Assembly (NCBI RefSeq): GCF_965219885.1
Contig: NZ_CBDCOT010000008.1
Location: 323,919 to 387,918 of the forward strand
Reading direction: 5' to 3'
From: Curvivirga sp.
GTDB taxonomy: Bacteria; Pseudomonadota; Alphaproteobacteria; UBA8366; Aestuariispiraceae
DNA: 64,000 nt
Both the position numbers and the translations under genes were made by a program. How positions within the stretch are numbered: position 1 is the stretch's first letter; each line of letters begins with the position of its first letter. Below, one piece after another: positions 31,935 to 42,499 of the stretch. The notes beneath the pieces are model-generated. The model saw nothing but the letters and a program-made list of their open reading frames with translations. It ran no database searches and was not told where the DNA came from.

Positions 31935-32408
31935 TTATGACGATTCTTTGGTATTCGCGTCCGCCTTTTTCGTCCAAGCTCCCTGTTCGGTTTGTTGCCA
32001 GTAGGTTAACGCTCGGCCTGCTTCATTTTCCGTTTTCCATGCAAGACGCGCTTGTTGGACTGCATGATCATCATTTCCATTAAAAATACGGCAAACACGT
32101 GTATATGAGTTCAGATTCTGACTTTCAGCCGAATCCACGAGGAAAAGCACTTCTGCCTGATTCGGGTTTTCATCCTGATCCGTAAACCAGATCGGCTGCA
32201 ATTCGGCATTCCCATCCTTGGCATTCCCATGAGGAAGAAAACTATCCTCCTCATAGGACCAAAGATGCTCTGTTAAAGCTTCCACACGCCCAGTTTCACC
32301 AGTCATTACCACTGCTTTCCAACCACGCTTAAGGGTTGCTGCCAATAATTGAGGCAATGCTTGCTCCAAAGGTTTGGTCTGCAAATGATAATACATGGTT
32401 TCAGACAT
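31935..32408 (-). CDS. holC: DNA polymerase III chi subunit
   Basis: 157 aa, YYHL...LPQLLAATLKRGWKAVV...LWSYEEDSFLPHG. Conserved position just downstream of pepA. Confidence 0.8.
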   Translation of the reverse strand: MSETMYYHLQTKPLEQALPQLLAATLKRGWKAVVMTGETGRVEALTEHLWSYEEDSFLPHGNAKDGNAELQPIWFTDQDENPNQAEVLFLVDSAESQNLNSYTRVCRIFNGNDDHAVQQARLAWKTENEAGRALTYWQQTEQGAWTKKADANTKESS

Positions 32409-32419
32409 GATATGGATAC

Positions 32420-33889
32420 TTATCCTTCGTAATGTTCAGACACAAAACGATCTAGAAGTTTAACACCAAAGCCGGTGGCACCTTTTGGCGCAGTCGCTGT
32501 ACTTTTTGCAGACCAAGTTACACCAGCGATATCTAAATGTGCCCATTTGGTGCCATTCACATATCGTTGTAAGAATTGAGCTGCGGTTATAGAGCCGCCA
32601 TATTTCCCGCCAATATTTTTCATGTCTGCGACACTGGATTTAATTTGCTTGTCATAAGCATCCCCTAACGGCATGCGCCAAACTTTATCATCAGTCGCTA
32701 AACCAGCTGCGGTTAAGCGCTCCGCCAATTGGTCATCATTTGAGAACAGGCCTGCATGTTCCTGCCCCAGGCTCACCATGATTGCACCAGTCAGTGTCGC
32801 CAGATCGATCATGATCTGTGGTTTGTATTTATCTTGTGTATACCAAAGCGCATCAGCTAGAACCAAACGACCTTCCGCATCAGTATTCAAAATCTCAATC
32901 GTTTGACCAGACATGGACGTTACGATGTCACCTGGGCGTTGCGCATTACCGTCTGGCATATTTTCAACAAGGCCAATAACGCCAATGGCGTTTACCTTCG
33001 CTTGGCGCCCAGCTAAGACCTTCATAAGGCCGAGGACAACACCGGATCCCCCCATATCCCATTTCATTTCGTCCATGCCAGGACCTGGTTTCAATGAAAT
33101 ACCACCAGTATCGAAAGTCACACCTTTACCAACAAATGCAACAGGTGCTTCGGATTTGGTTCCGCCCTTCCATTCCATTACAACAAGCTTGCTTTCACGG
33201 GCAGACCCTTGCCCAACACCTAAAAGAGCTCCCATACCTAGTTCGGTCATTTCTGCCTCGCCCAGTACAGTTACTTTAACACCAAGTTCGCTCAGTTTTT
33301 CTGCTTCATTTGCCATTGTTTCTGGATACAGAACGTTAGGTGGTTCGGAAATCACATCTCGTGTCAGATATACACCTTCCGCAACTGCATTTAATTTGTC
33401 ATATTTCTGGTCAGCAGATGTCGCTGCTTTCGTAACAATTGTGATTTCTGAAACTTCCGCAGAATCACCTTCATCTTTCTTGGTAATGTATTTTTCAAAT
33501 TTATAAGCGCCAAGTTTGATACCAAAAGCAATTTGCGCTGCAACTTCTGCGTCATCAGCTGCATCGACATAAATAGTAGCAGTTTTTGAACCCGCCCCCA
33601 TCAAACGCCCAATAATCGTTCCGCCAAGCTTTTGAGCTGAAAGTTGATCGAATTCCTTGCCAAAACCTAATAAATAAATGCGATCAGCTTCTAAGCCCGC
33701 AGGTGCTAAAACTTCTGCTACCTGTGCTGTCTTCCCGTTAAACTTACCTGTTTTTGCCGCACGTGATACCATACCAGATGTAACATCATCCAACTCTTGT
33801 GCAGATGCGGTTAATTTACGCCCTTCTTCCACGCCAACCAGAATTGAGTCCGCTTTTTTGGGTGCTTTTGTTGAAAAAGTAATTTTCAT
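32420..33889 (-). CDS. pepA: Leucyl aminopeptidase (M17)
   Basis: 489 aa with VGKGVTFDTGGISLKP, NTDAEGRLVLADAL and the HLDIAG motif. Confidence 0.95.
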   Translation of the reverse strand: MKITFSTKAPKKADSILVGVEEGRKLTASAQELDDVTSGMVSRAAKTGKFNGKTAQVAEVLAPAGLEADRIYLLGFGKEFDQLSAQKLGGTIIGRLMGAGSKTATIYVDAADDAEVAAQIAFGIKLGAYKFEKYITKKDEGDSAEVSEITIVTKAATSADQKYDKLNAVAEGVYLTRDVISEPPNVLYPETMANEAEKLSELGVKVTVLGEAEMTELGMGALLGVGQGSARESKLVVMEWKGGTKSEAPVAFVGKGVTFDTGGISLKPGPGMDEMKWDMGGSGVVLGLMKVLAGRQAKVNAIGVIGLVENMPDGNAQRPGDIVTSMSGQTIEILNTDAEGRLVLADALWYTQDKYKPQIMIDLATLTGAIMVSLGQEHAGLFSNDDQLAERLTAAGLATDDKVWRMPLGDAYDKQIKSSVADMKNIGGKYGGSITAAQFLQRYVNGTKWAHLDIAGVTWSAKSTATAPKGATGFGVKLLDRFVSEHYEG

Positions 33890-34159
33890 AATAGCAATCT
33901 CTTTTCAAAATAATTACAGGCAATTCCGCCTGTTCTTTTATATAGCTAAGGTAAAGTGATAAACATCCAAGCCCTTACGTCAAGTATTGTAGGAAAAAAA
34001 GCATCAGATTCACCTCCATCGGACTAGACATGGACAGTGTAAGATATTAGTTACACATACAAAGATATTTTTACTTACAATAAGAATCCGACTATTTTTT
34101 ATTGTTTGAATAACAATTGAATTCATTCATCTATCTACACATGGGAAATAACAACCTTC

Positions 34160-35272
34160 ATGTTGTCTCGAATCACAAGCTATATCGCTAAGCAAATTGG
34201 CAGTGTGACGTTTGTCGCGACAATTTCCATGTGTCTACTGGTAACCCTAGTACAATCTATAAAATTCATCGATATGATTATTACAAATGGATTACCGATC
34301 GAAGAATTTTTTCGCATGTCGCTTCTCGCGACTCCACGTTATTTGAGCTATCTTTTACCTATTGTTTTATTTGGTGCAACACTGTTCACATATAACCGCA
34401 TGACTTCAGATAGTGAAATTGTTGTCATGCGGGCCGCAGGCTTAAGCCGCGGAAAACTAACACGTGGTGGCTTCGTTGCCGGTTTTTTGGGTATGCTAAT
34501 ATGTTATAGTCTAACATTATATCTTATGCCTGCTTCACAGATTGAATTTCGAAGTATTATTACTCAAGCGCGCTCACAAATCGGGTCAGCTGTTTTACGT
34601 GAAGGACAATTCACAAATATTACAGGTGATACGACAATTTATATCCGTGAAAAACAAGGGGAGAATACGCTGTTAGGTATCATTTATCATAACGGCGCCG
34701 ATAATCTCACCATTATAGCTGAACGTGGAAATATTGTTGAAACAATTGAAGGTCCGCGCGTGGTTGTTTTTAATGGTAATAAACAAGTTAAGAAAGACGG
34801 TGAGCTGCATCTGTTAGAATTCCAAAAATCCACATTGGATATTGGTTTAACAAAAGATCAAAAACTATTGCGTTGGAGAGAAGCAAACGAACGGTATTTA
34901 CCTGACCTGTTATTTCCGAATCCAAATGATCCAAATGATGTACAGAACTTTGATAAATTAATTGCACAAGGGCATGCGCGTATTCTATTGCCTATCTTTT
35001 GTTTATGCCTACCTCTCATCGCAATTGCATCTCTCCTATCGGGACAACATAGCCGTAGAGGACAATTTAAACAGGTGAGTACCGCTATTGTAGGCATGTT
35101 AATAAATTTGATCCTACATATCTGGTTAACTAATGCAGCAGGAAAAAACCCTGTTTTACTTTATGTAATGTATGCGAATGTGGTTATGCCTATGCTTGTC
35201 TGTGTTTATGTGATCCACGGAAGACGTAAATTAAAAGCACCTAAAACCCGTCTTCATAGAAGCGAGGCTTAA
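34160..35272 (+). CDS. lptF: LPS export ABC permease LptF
   Basis: 370 aa YjgP/YjgQ-type permease: N-terminal TM helices, a central periplasmic beta domain and C-terminal TM helices. First gene of the lptF-lptG pair, divergent from pepA. Confidence 0.85.
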   Translation: MLSRITSYIAKQIGSVTFVATISMCLLVTLVQSIKFIDMIITNGLPIEEFFRMSLLATPRYLSYLLPIVLFGATLFTYNRMTSDSEIVVMRAAGLSRGKLTRGGFVAGFLGMLICYSLTLYLMPASQIEFRSIITQARSQIGSAVLREGQFTNITGDTTIYIREKQGENTLLGIIYHNGADNLTIIAERGNIVETIEGPRVVVFNGNKQVKKDGELHLLEFQKSTLDIGLTKDQKLLRWREANERYLPDLLFPNPNDPNDVQNFDKLIAQGHARILLPIFCLCLPLIAIASLLSGQHSRRGQFKQVSTAIVGMLINLILHIWLTNAAGKNPVLLYVMYANVVMPMLVCVYVIHGRRKLKAPKTRLHRSEA

Positions 35273-35276
35273 GATA

Positions 35277-36377
35277 ATGTTTCGCACACTAACAGGTACT
35301 ATGCCTCGCTATATATCCAGACAATTTCTTTTTTGGATTATATTTGTATTCTTTGCTCTTAGTTTTCTCTTTGCATTATTTGATTTTGTTGAACTGATGC
35401 GTCGGGCATCTGGCAAGGCAGATGCGAGTTTCAGTATTATTTTGCAAATGAGTTTAACAAAACTCCCTCATTTACTGCAGGACATCTTTCCCTTTGTTAT
35501 GTTATTTGGCTCAATCGTCGCATTTTGGCGACTGTCAAAAACTTCAGAACTAGTCATTGCACGTGCCGCAGGTTTTTCTGCTTGGCAGATATTACGATTA
35601 CCTATTGTTTTAGCATTTGGTATTGGTGTTTTACAGATCACGTCTTTTGGACCATTTGCAGCTCAGATGTATAACCAGTTTGAACAACTGGAAAACGAAT
35701 ATCTAAAACGCGGTGGTGAACGCCTGTCTTTGTCTGGTACAGGACTTTGGTTAAGACAAGGTAATAAGAATCACCAAGAGGTTATTCATGCGCAAATCGC
35801 CTTGGAAGGTGGCAAACGTTTGCAACATGTAACAGTTTACCAGTTTGAAGGCGACAATAACTATGTTGGAAGAATTGATGCACAAGTAGCCATTCTATTT
35901 GATGGGCATTGGACTTTAAGGAATGCAACTATATTCAAACCAAATACACCGTTGCAGCTTAAAAGCATTTATCGAATTCCAACGACATTAACGAGTAAGA
36001 AAATCGAAGATAGCTATAATTCAGAAGATACACTTTCCTTCTGGGTTCTGCCTGATTTCATTAAAACTTTAGAAGATTCAGGTTTTGATGCAAGTAATCA
36101 TAAGATGCGGTTGCATAGCTTGCTATCTACGCCTTTTCTTCTTGTTGCAATGGTTTTAATTGCAGCCACATTTGCGATGCGAACCAGTAACCGCAGAGGG
36201 GCTGCCTTTACAATTCTTTCAGGGATTGGATGTGGTTTTGTCTTGTATTTCTTTACAAATGTTGTGCAAGCTCTGGGATTGTCAACAACGATTCCTGTAT
36301 GGATTGCTGCATGGATTCCTGCAATCGTTAGCTTGATGTTGGGTATAACGGCTTTACTTCACACAGAAGATGGATAA
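35277..36377 (+). CDS. lptG: LPS export ABC permease LptG
   Basis: 366 aa YjgP/YjgQ family protein (RYISRQFLFW...). Starts 4 nt after lptF. Confidence 0.85.
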   Translation: MFRTLTGTMPRYISRQFLFWIIFVFFALSFLFALFDFVELMRRASGKADASFSIILQMSLTKLPHLLQDIFPFVMLFGSIVAFWRLSKTSELVIARAAGFSAWQILRLPIVLAFGIGVLQITSFGPFAAQMYNQFEQLENEYLKRGGERLSLSGTGLWLRQGNKNHQEVIHAQIALEGGKRLQHVTVYQFEGDNNYVGRIDAQVAILFDGHWTLRNATIFKPNTPLQLKSIYRIPTTLTSKKIEDSYNSEDTLSFWVLPDFIKTLEDSGFDASNHKMRLHSLLSTPFLLVAMVLIAATFAMRTSNRRGAAFTILSGIGCGFVLYFFTNVVQALGLSTTIPVWIAAWIPAIVSLMLGITALLHTEDG

Positions 36378-36391
36378 ATAAGGACCGTAAA

Positions 36392-38674
36392 ATGACTAAG
36401 AACTGGATTAAAAAAATCCTATCCTCTTCTACGGCAATTGGGACAGGCTTTCTTGTTTCAATTGCACCATCAGGTAGTTTTGCGCAGATAACTTCTGATG
36501 AGTTAATGCCGACAAAACCACAAGAACAAACACCTGACTTAAAACGCAGAATTCCAGCAATGGCGGGACAGTTAGATAGTTCGCCTCAAAATGAAGAAAG
36601 CCCTGTTCTCCTAAGTGCAGACGAAGTCAATTATGATGAAACACTAAATATCATTACGGCACGTGGCAATGTTGAACTTGTTCAGGAAGGCCGTGTTCTT
36701 TTAGCTGATACCCTTAGTTACAATCAAACGGATGACACTATTACTGCGTCAGGCGATGTAAAATTGCTGGAGACAACCGGTGATGTCATGTTTGCTGAAT
36801 ATATGGAGCTAACAGACAAAATGACCAAGGGCACGTTGCGTCAAATCCGTTTTCTTATGAGTGACAATGCGCGTCTCGCAGCTAATGGAGCAAGACGGTT
36901 CAGTGAAACTAAAACCGAACTGGCACGTGCAGTTTATACTCCTTGTGATGTATGCAAAGAAACCCCTGAAAAAGATCCTTTATGGCAATTGAAAGCTGAT
37001 AAAGTTGTTCATGATGGAGACTCAAAAACCATAGAGTATTATAACAGTTGGATGGAAATTTTTGGTCTTCCAGTTGCATATTTTCCTTATTTTCAACATC
37101 CTGATCCAAGTGTAGATCGTGCATCAGGAATACTTCCTCCGAGCTTCGGTAACGATAATAATATCGGTACATTTTTCAGATTACCGTATTATTGGGCGAT
37201 ATCTGAGGATAAAGATTTTACATTTGATCCAATTTATACTTCAAAAAGCGGCTTAGTAGCATCTGGGGAATATCGCCAAGCTTTCGAATCTGGGGATTTA
37301 TACTTACAAGGCAGTATCGTTAACGATAGTGAGTATTTCGAAAATAGTAGCAGTAATAAAGGTCATACCCGTTGGCATATCGCCAGTAGAGGTTCATTTG
37401 ATCTTGATGAGACTTGGAGTTGGGGCTTTGATGGGAACAAACAAAGTGACCGACTTTACATGGATCAATTCTCATTTTGGGGTGATCCAGGCAATACTCT
37501 TGACAGCCAGATTAATATTGAAGGTATCAAAGGACGTAACTACTTTCGTGCAGAAGGCCTTTATTGGCAGGAATTACGTTCGTCTGTTTCTACAAAGCAA
37601 TCCACAATCTTTCCAAATATAACATATGCAGGTGTCGGCCCAGCTGATAAATTTGGAGGGCATTGGACTTTAGATGGAAATATTCGTGGCCTAAAACAAG
37701 GAGCTAAATCTGAAAGTTTAAGAAATAGTTTAAAGGCTGGCTATGATCTATTTAATACGACAAGCTTTGGTTTGGCGACTGTGTCTAGCCTCTCTCTACA
37801 AGGTGATTTATATGATACAAATCATCTAGATAATACTGATTTAAGTGAAGACATTCAAACCAGATTGACTCCAAGAATTTCCACGACAGCACGAATGCCT
37901 TTTTATCGTAGCGTAGAGTCTGGTTCACAGGTAATTGAACCTATTGCGGGGATTTATGCTTCACCCAATAGTGGGTATGATCGAGATATTCGAAATGATG
38001 ATAGCTTAGTCGTTGAGCAAGATGAAACCAGTTTGTTTCAGGATGACATGACACCAGGCATTGATCGTATGGAAACAGGAACACGTACTTCATACGGGTT
38101 CCGGATGGGACATTATTTCGATGATGGACTGGCAATTGAATCTACCGTTGCTCAATATTATCGTTTTAGTGAAGATCAAACATTATTTGAAGAGACAGGC
38201 ATTGATGAAGGTGCATCGGATTACTTTGGTGCATTAACGATTAAACCAGTTGACTATTTTAATGTCACTTACCGCTTTAGAGCTGATCGGGAAAATTTAA
38301 GCTTAAATCGGAATGAAGCTCAGTTCCGCTTGGGCACTGACGACACTTATTTCAATGCGCGTTACACGGATATTGATCAAACTCAAGATCCTAGCTCTAC
38401 AGCTATTGAAGAAAGTTATCTAAGTGCTTCTGTAGGTATTGACGATTATTGGCGTACAACCGGATATTGGTTATATGATTTGTTAGGCAGCGATTCGCGA
38501 TATGCTGGATTATCACTTATTTACGAAGACGAATGCTTCATTTTTAATACCAGCTATGTACGTGATTTTACCAATGACGGGGTGGATGGACCATCAGATA
38601 CCGTTATGCTAAAGCTTACATTCAAAACACTTGGAGAAATTAACCAAGACATTTCCGGTTACGTTCCTAACTAA
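36392..38674 (+). CDS. lptD: LPS-assembly outer-membrane protein LptD
   Basis: 760 aa with a signal peptide, an OstA-like N-terminal domain (LLSADEVNYDE...ITARGNVEL) and a large C-terminal beta-barrel. Upstream of surA. Confidence 0.9.
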   Translation: MTKNWIKKILSSSTAIGTGFLVSIAPSGSFAQITSDELMPTKPQEQTPDLKRRIPAMAGQLDSSPQNEESPVLLSADEVNYDETLNIITARGNVELVQEGRVLLADTLSYNQTDDTITASGDVKLLETTGDVMFAEYMELTDKMTKGTLRQIRFLMSDNARLAANGARRFSETKTELARAVYTPCDVCKETPEKDPLWQLKADKVVHDGDSKTIEYYNSWMEIFGLPVAYFPYFQHPDPSVDRASGILPPSFGNDNNIGTFFRLPYYWAISEDKDFTFDPIYTSKSGLVASGEYRQAFESGDLYLQGSIVNDSEYFENSSSNKGHTRWHIASRGSFDLDETWSWGFDGNKQSDRLYMDQFSFWGDPGNTLDSQINIEGIKGRNYFRAEGLYWQELRSSVSTKQSTIFPNITYAGVGPADKFGGHWTLDGNIRGLKQGAKSESLRNSLKAGYDLFNTTSFGLATVSSLSLQGDLYDTNHLDNTDLSEDIQTRLTPRISTTARMPFYRSVESGSQVIEPIAGIYASPNSGYDRDIRNDDSLVVEQDETSLFQDDMTPGIDRMETGTRTSYGFRMGHYFDDGLAIESTVAQYYRFSEDQTLFEETGIDEGASDYFGALTIKPVDYFNVTYRFRADRENLSLNRNEAQFRLGTDDTYFNARYTDIDQTQDPSSTAIEESYLSASVGIDDYWRTTGYWLYDLLGSDSRYAGLSLIYEDECFIFNTSYVRDFTNDGVDGPSDTVMLKLTFKTLGEINQDISGYVPN

Positions 38675-38695
38675 CTTAGTAAATTAGAAAATATC

Positions 38696-39943
38696 ATGCG
38701 AAAAATTCTATCATTATTTATTATCTCTCTGTTTATTTTACCATTTTCATTAAAGGATAGTGATGCACAATCTTTGAAAATTGCGGCAATCGTTAATGAA
38801 GATGTAATTACAGTTTATGATCTGCAAAATCGCATGCGTTTCTTAATTTTCTCTACTCAGGCTCAGCCAGACCAAGCAGCATTGAAACGAATCCGAAGTC
38901 AGGCATTACGTGCACTTATTGACGAAAAACTTAAAATTCAATCTGCGAAAGAGAGCAACATAACCATTGCTCCCTCTCAAATCGATAAAGAAATCAGCAA
39001 ATTAGAAGCACGCAACAACCTACCAAAAGGTCAGTTGCCTGTTTTGCTAAAAACAAATAACATTGATGCGCAAACTTTAAGAGATCGTGTTACGGCAGAT
39101 TTATCCTGGGGACGTTTTGTTTCTCGAAATCTGAGACGTAATGTTCGGATTACAGAAGATTTAGTGGACGATGAACTTGATAATATCGCTACTCAACAAA
39201 ATCAGTCACAAAAGCGTATTTTCGAAATTTACTTACCGTTCGATGGCGCTGAATTGGAATCAGATACAAGAGCATTAGCGCTAGAACTGAAGAAAGAGCT
39301 GGAAGAAGGGTCTACATTTACCACAATTGCACGTAACTATTCCAAATCCAATTCCGCGCAATTAGGTGGAGATAGAGGCTGGTTAAGCCCGGGCCAGCTT
39401 CCAGAAGAACTTGATTCAAAGGTACAAGCTTTAAAAATTGGCCAGATTTCAGACCCTATAGAAACCTTAACTGGATTATTTCTTTTTCAAGTTACCGATG
39501 AACGTAATTTAGCAGGTGACATTGGCAAGACAGAGCTAGGACTTGTGCAGTTAGGTGCGCCAACTACGTCTACGTCACGTGATGTAGTTCTTGGTCAGAT
39601 GAACGCTTTAAAATCCCAAATCAATTCATGTGAAGCAGCAGTTAAATTAGCTGAAAGTAACGCAGATATTAGCAGTACACAGACAAGTAAAATTCTCTTA
39701 CGTGATTTATCCGAAACAGTACAAGCTCAAGTGAAAGATTTGAAAGTTAATCAATCCACCTCACCTATTCCTGTGCAAAATGCTGTTATCCTTTTGACTG
39801 TATGTACCCGAAAGGAACCACAATCAAACTTACCGTCACGTCGGGATATTCGTAAACAGCTCTTCAATGCGAAACTAGATATTCTAGCTCGCCAGCGTTT
39901 GCGTGATCTTCGCAATGCTGCGTTTATTGATATCCGAAACTAA
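38696..39943 (+). CDS. surA: Periplasmic chaperone / peptidyl-prolyl isomerase SurA
   Basis: 415 aa with a signal peptide, a SurA N-terminal chaperone domain (IAAIVNEDVITVYDL) and a parvulin-like segment. Sits in the lptD-surA-pdxA-rsmA order. Confidence 0.85.
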   Translation: MRKILSLFIISLFILPFSLKDSDAQSLKIAAIVNEDVITVYDLQNRMRFLIFSTQAQPDQAALKRIRSQALRALIDEKLKIQSAKESNITIAPSQIDKEISKLEARNNLPKGQLPVLLKTNNIDAQTLRDRVTADLSWGRFVSRNLRRNVRITEDLVDDELDNIATQQNQSQKRIFEIYLPFDGAELESDTRALALELKKELEEGSTFTTIARNYSKSNSAQLGGDRGWLSPGQLPEELDSKVQALKIGQISDPIETLTGLFLFQVTDERNLAGDIGKTELGLVQLGAPTTSTSRDVVLGQMNALKSQINSCEAAVKLAESNADISSTQTSKILLRDLSETVQAQVKDLKVNQSTSPIPVQNAVILLTVCTRKEPQSNLPSRRDIRKQLFNAKLDILARQRLRDLRNAAFIDIRN

Positions 39944-39953
39944 GAGATCTCTG

Positions 39954-40946
39954 ATGCGTCCAATAGCCATAACAATGGGAGACCCTTCTGGTATCAGCGG
40001 AGAGTTAAGTCTCAAAGCTTGGCTCAAATTGAAAGACCAACCAACACCTTTTTATTGTTTGGATAATATTAATCGCCTTCGGAACGTTAATGATTATATT
40101 GACTTAGATGTGCCAATTCATCCTATTCAAGATCCGAGTGAAGCAATTGATCTTTTTAAAAACGCTCTTCCTGTTTTGGATATACCTCTAAAAGAAGAAG
40201 CTATCTTTGGTAAGTTAAATTCGGCCAATGGACAGACCGTTTTGGATTCAATTTCTATTGCAGTTCAACATACCATTCAGGGAAAAGCTGCTGCGGTAGT
40301 CACCAATCCTATTCACAAGGCAGCACTATATGAAGTCGGGTTTGCATACCCCGGTCATACTGAATATTTAGCGGCGCTAGGTGGTGAAAATAAACCATCT
40401 ATTATGATGTTAGCTTGTGACAGTTTACGTGTTATTCCTGTCACTATTCATCAATCCTTAAAAACAGCTATTGATGACCTAACAACAGAGAAAATTATCT
40501 ATACAGCTGAAATTGCTCACAAAGCGCTGAAGGACCTGTATGATATCAACGAGCCGCGCCTAGCAATATCAGGCCTCAATCCACATGCAGGTGAAAGTGG
40601 GAAAATGGGCCATGAGGATGAGGAAATAATCGCACCTGCAATTACCTCACTTAAAAACAAAGGCATTAATGCTTTTGGCCCTCTTCCCGCTGATACAATG
40701 TTCCATGCAGAAGCTCGCGCAAACTATGACCTTGCGATCTGTATGTATCATGACCAAGCGCTTATACCTATTAAAACGCTCGATTTTCATGGTGGTGTAA
40801 ATGTGACACTTGGACTTCCATTTATCCGCACGTCACCAGATCATGGAACCGCACTGGATATCGCAGGGAAAGGCATTGCCAATCCATCTAGCTTTATTAA
40901 TGCAATCAAGATGGCCTATACTATGGCCAAAGCTCAACAGAAATAA
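39954..40946 (+). CDS. pdxA: 4-hydroxythreonine-4-phosphate dehydrogenase
   Basis: MRPIAITMGDPSGI..., GHTEYLA, GLNPHAGE and SPDHGTALDIAGKG. I prefer the ATG at 39954 to the GTG at 39903, which overlaps surA. Confidence 0.9.
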   Translation: MRPIAITMGDPSGISGELSLKAWLKLKDQPTPFYCLDNINRLRNVNDYIDLDVPIHPIQDPSEAIDLFKNALPVLDIPLKEEAIFGKLNSANGQTVLDSISIAVQHTIQGKAAAVVTNPIHKAALYEVGFAYPGHTEYLAALGGENKPSIMMLACDSLRVIPVTIHQSLKTAIDDLTTEKIIYTAEIAHKALKDLYDINEPRLAISGLNPHAGESGKMGHEDEEIIAPAITSLKNKGINAFGPLPADTMFHAEARANYDLAICMYHDQALIPIKTLDFHGGVNVTLGLPFIRTSPDHGTALDIAGKGIANPSSFINAIKMAYTMAKAQQK

Positions 40947-40957
40947 GAAATAACAAT

Positions 40958-41803
40958 ATGACTGACACAGTTGATGATCTTCCTCCTCTACGAGAGGTAA
41001 TTTCTAATCACGGGCTATCTGCGCAAAAAAAGTTTGGTCAAAATTTCCTGTTTGATCTGAATTTAACACGTAAAATTGCCCGTTGTGCAGCTCCTCTTAA
41101 TGAAGGGTGTGTCATTGAGGTAGGACCCGGTCCCGGCGGTTTAACACGTGCATTACTCCTTGAGGGAACACAAAATCTTTATGCGATAGAAAAAGATGAC
41201 CGTACACGCGATATCTTGTCAGAAATTAATAAGGCATCTGGTGGTCGTTTACACGTCATCGAAGGAGATGCTCTTGAAGTAGATATTCCAAGTTTAGGCG
41301 AAGCACCGCGACGTATTGTTGCAAATCTTCCTTATAATGTTGCAACACCTTTACTTATTAGCTGGTTGAAAAATGCCCATGCCTTTAAGCAAATGACCCT
41401 TATGTTCCAAAAGGAAGTGGCAGAACGTATTGTCGCAACTGAGAATGATAAAAACTATTCACGTTTAGCAGTACTCGCCAATTGGTGTTGTGATACTCGT
41501 TTAGAATTTATTTTACCTGCGCGCGCCTTTACGCCACCGCCGAAAGTGGAATCTGCTGTCGTTAGCTTACGATCACTTGCAGAGCCAAGATATCCCTGCA
41601 CAATTGATACATTGGAGACGGTCACAGCCGCAGCCTTCAATCAACGCCGTAAAATGCTACGTCGTTCTTTAAAGTTATTAAATATCGATGTAGAAGCCTT
41701 GCTAACAGAAGCAGGAATTGATCCGACAATTCGTGCTGAGAACGTATCGCTTGAAGAATTTTGCACGCTTGCAAGAATTTATGAGGAAATGAAAAAGGCC
41801 TGA
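40958..41803 (+). CDS. rsmA: 16S rRNA (adenine1518/1519-N6)-dimethyltransferase
   Basis: 281 aa with KKFGQNFL, VIEVGPGPGGLT and ANLPYNV. Confidence 0.95.
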   Translation: MTDTVDDLPPLREVISNHGLSAQKKFGQNFLFDLNLTRKIARCAAPLNEGCVIEVGPGPGGLTRALLLEGTQNLYAIEKDDRTRDILSEINKASGGRLHVIEGDALEVDIPSLGEAPRRIVANLPYNVATPLLISWLKNAHAFKQMTLMFQKEVAERIVATENDKNYSRLAVLANWCCDTRLEFILPARAFTPPPKVESAVVSLRSLAEPRYPCTIDTLETVTAAAFNQRRKMLRRSLKLLNIDVEALLTEAGIDPTIRAENVSLEEFCTLARIYEEMKKA

Positions 41804-41818
41804 GATTATCTCAGGCCT
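41796..41818. terminator. Hairpin between convergent rsmA and gmk (best fits a gmk terminator)
   Basis: Perfect 10-bp stem AGGCCTGAGA/TCTCAGGCCT with a 3-nt loop, overlapping the rsmA stop codon. A T4 tract follows on the minus strand; there is no good T tract on the plus strand. Confidence 0.6.
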
Positions 41819-41827
41819 GAATTCTTT

Positions 41828-42472
41828 CTATACTTCGTGGCGTAGACGTTTCACGAAATCCCCAAGTCCGACTTGGCGAGTACGTTTTAAACGTTCCGAT
41901 GTTAAAATAGAACGCACCTGTGTAATACTTTCCGGTAAATTGTAATTTACAATCACCCAATCATATTCAGGATAATGGCTCATTTCATCAGATGCTTTTG
42001 CCATACGCTTAGCTACAACTTCAGCAGTATCTTGGGCGCGAGAATGAAGGCGACGTTCCAACTCTTGTACAGATGGTGGAAGAATAAAAATTCTAACTAA
42101 ATCTTTTTCCGCATGATCTGACAATTGCTGGGTTCCTTGCCAATCGATATCAAACATCACGTCTTTGCCAGCTTCTAAAGCATCCATAACTGGTTTTTTA
42201 GGAGTGCCATAGTAATTGTCGAACACTTTTGCATGCTCTAACAATTCACCACGATTTGCCATCAAGTTAAATTCCGTTTTATCGACAAAATGATAATCCG
42301 TACCGGCCACTTCACCTGGACGTTTTGCGCGTGTTGTTGCAGAGACAGATAACTGAATATCTGGATCCGTTGCTAGAATCTCACGTGCAATTGTTGATTT
42401 TCCCGCTCCTGATGGCGAAGATAATACTAACATCAAGCCACGGCGATTAATTTTCATAGCGTCGTTACTCAT
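41828..42472 (-). CDS. gmk: Guanylate kinase
   Basis: 214 aa with the P-loop SSPSGAGKST, SATTR..RPGE..G.DYHF. Confidence 0.95.
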   Translation of the reverse strand: MSNDAMKINRRGLMLVLSSPSGAGKSTIAREILATDPDIQLSVSATTRAKRPGEVAGTDYHFVDKTEFNLMANRGELLEHAKVFDNYYGTPKKPVMDALEAGKDVMFDIDWQGTQQLSDHAEKDLVRIFILPPSVQELERRLHSRAQDTAEVVAKRMAKASDEMSHYPEYDWVIVNYNLPESITQVRSILTSERLKRTRQVGLGDFVKRLRHEV

Positions 42473-42499
42473 ATTTTCCTCTATCCAAAGTTTGTGTTT

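Noticed and set aside
32913-33506. 197-aa plus-strand ORF
   Set aside because: It is antisense within pepA (M17 motifs are on the minus strand). The translation is Ser/Pro/Thr-rich and low in complexity. There is no RBS or promoter context.
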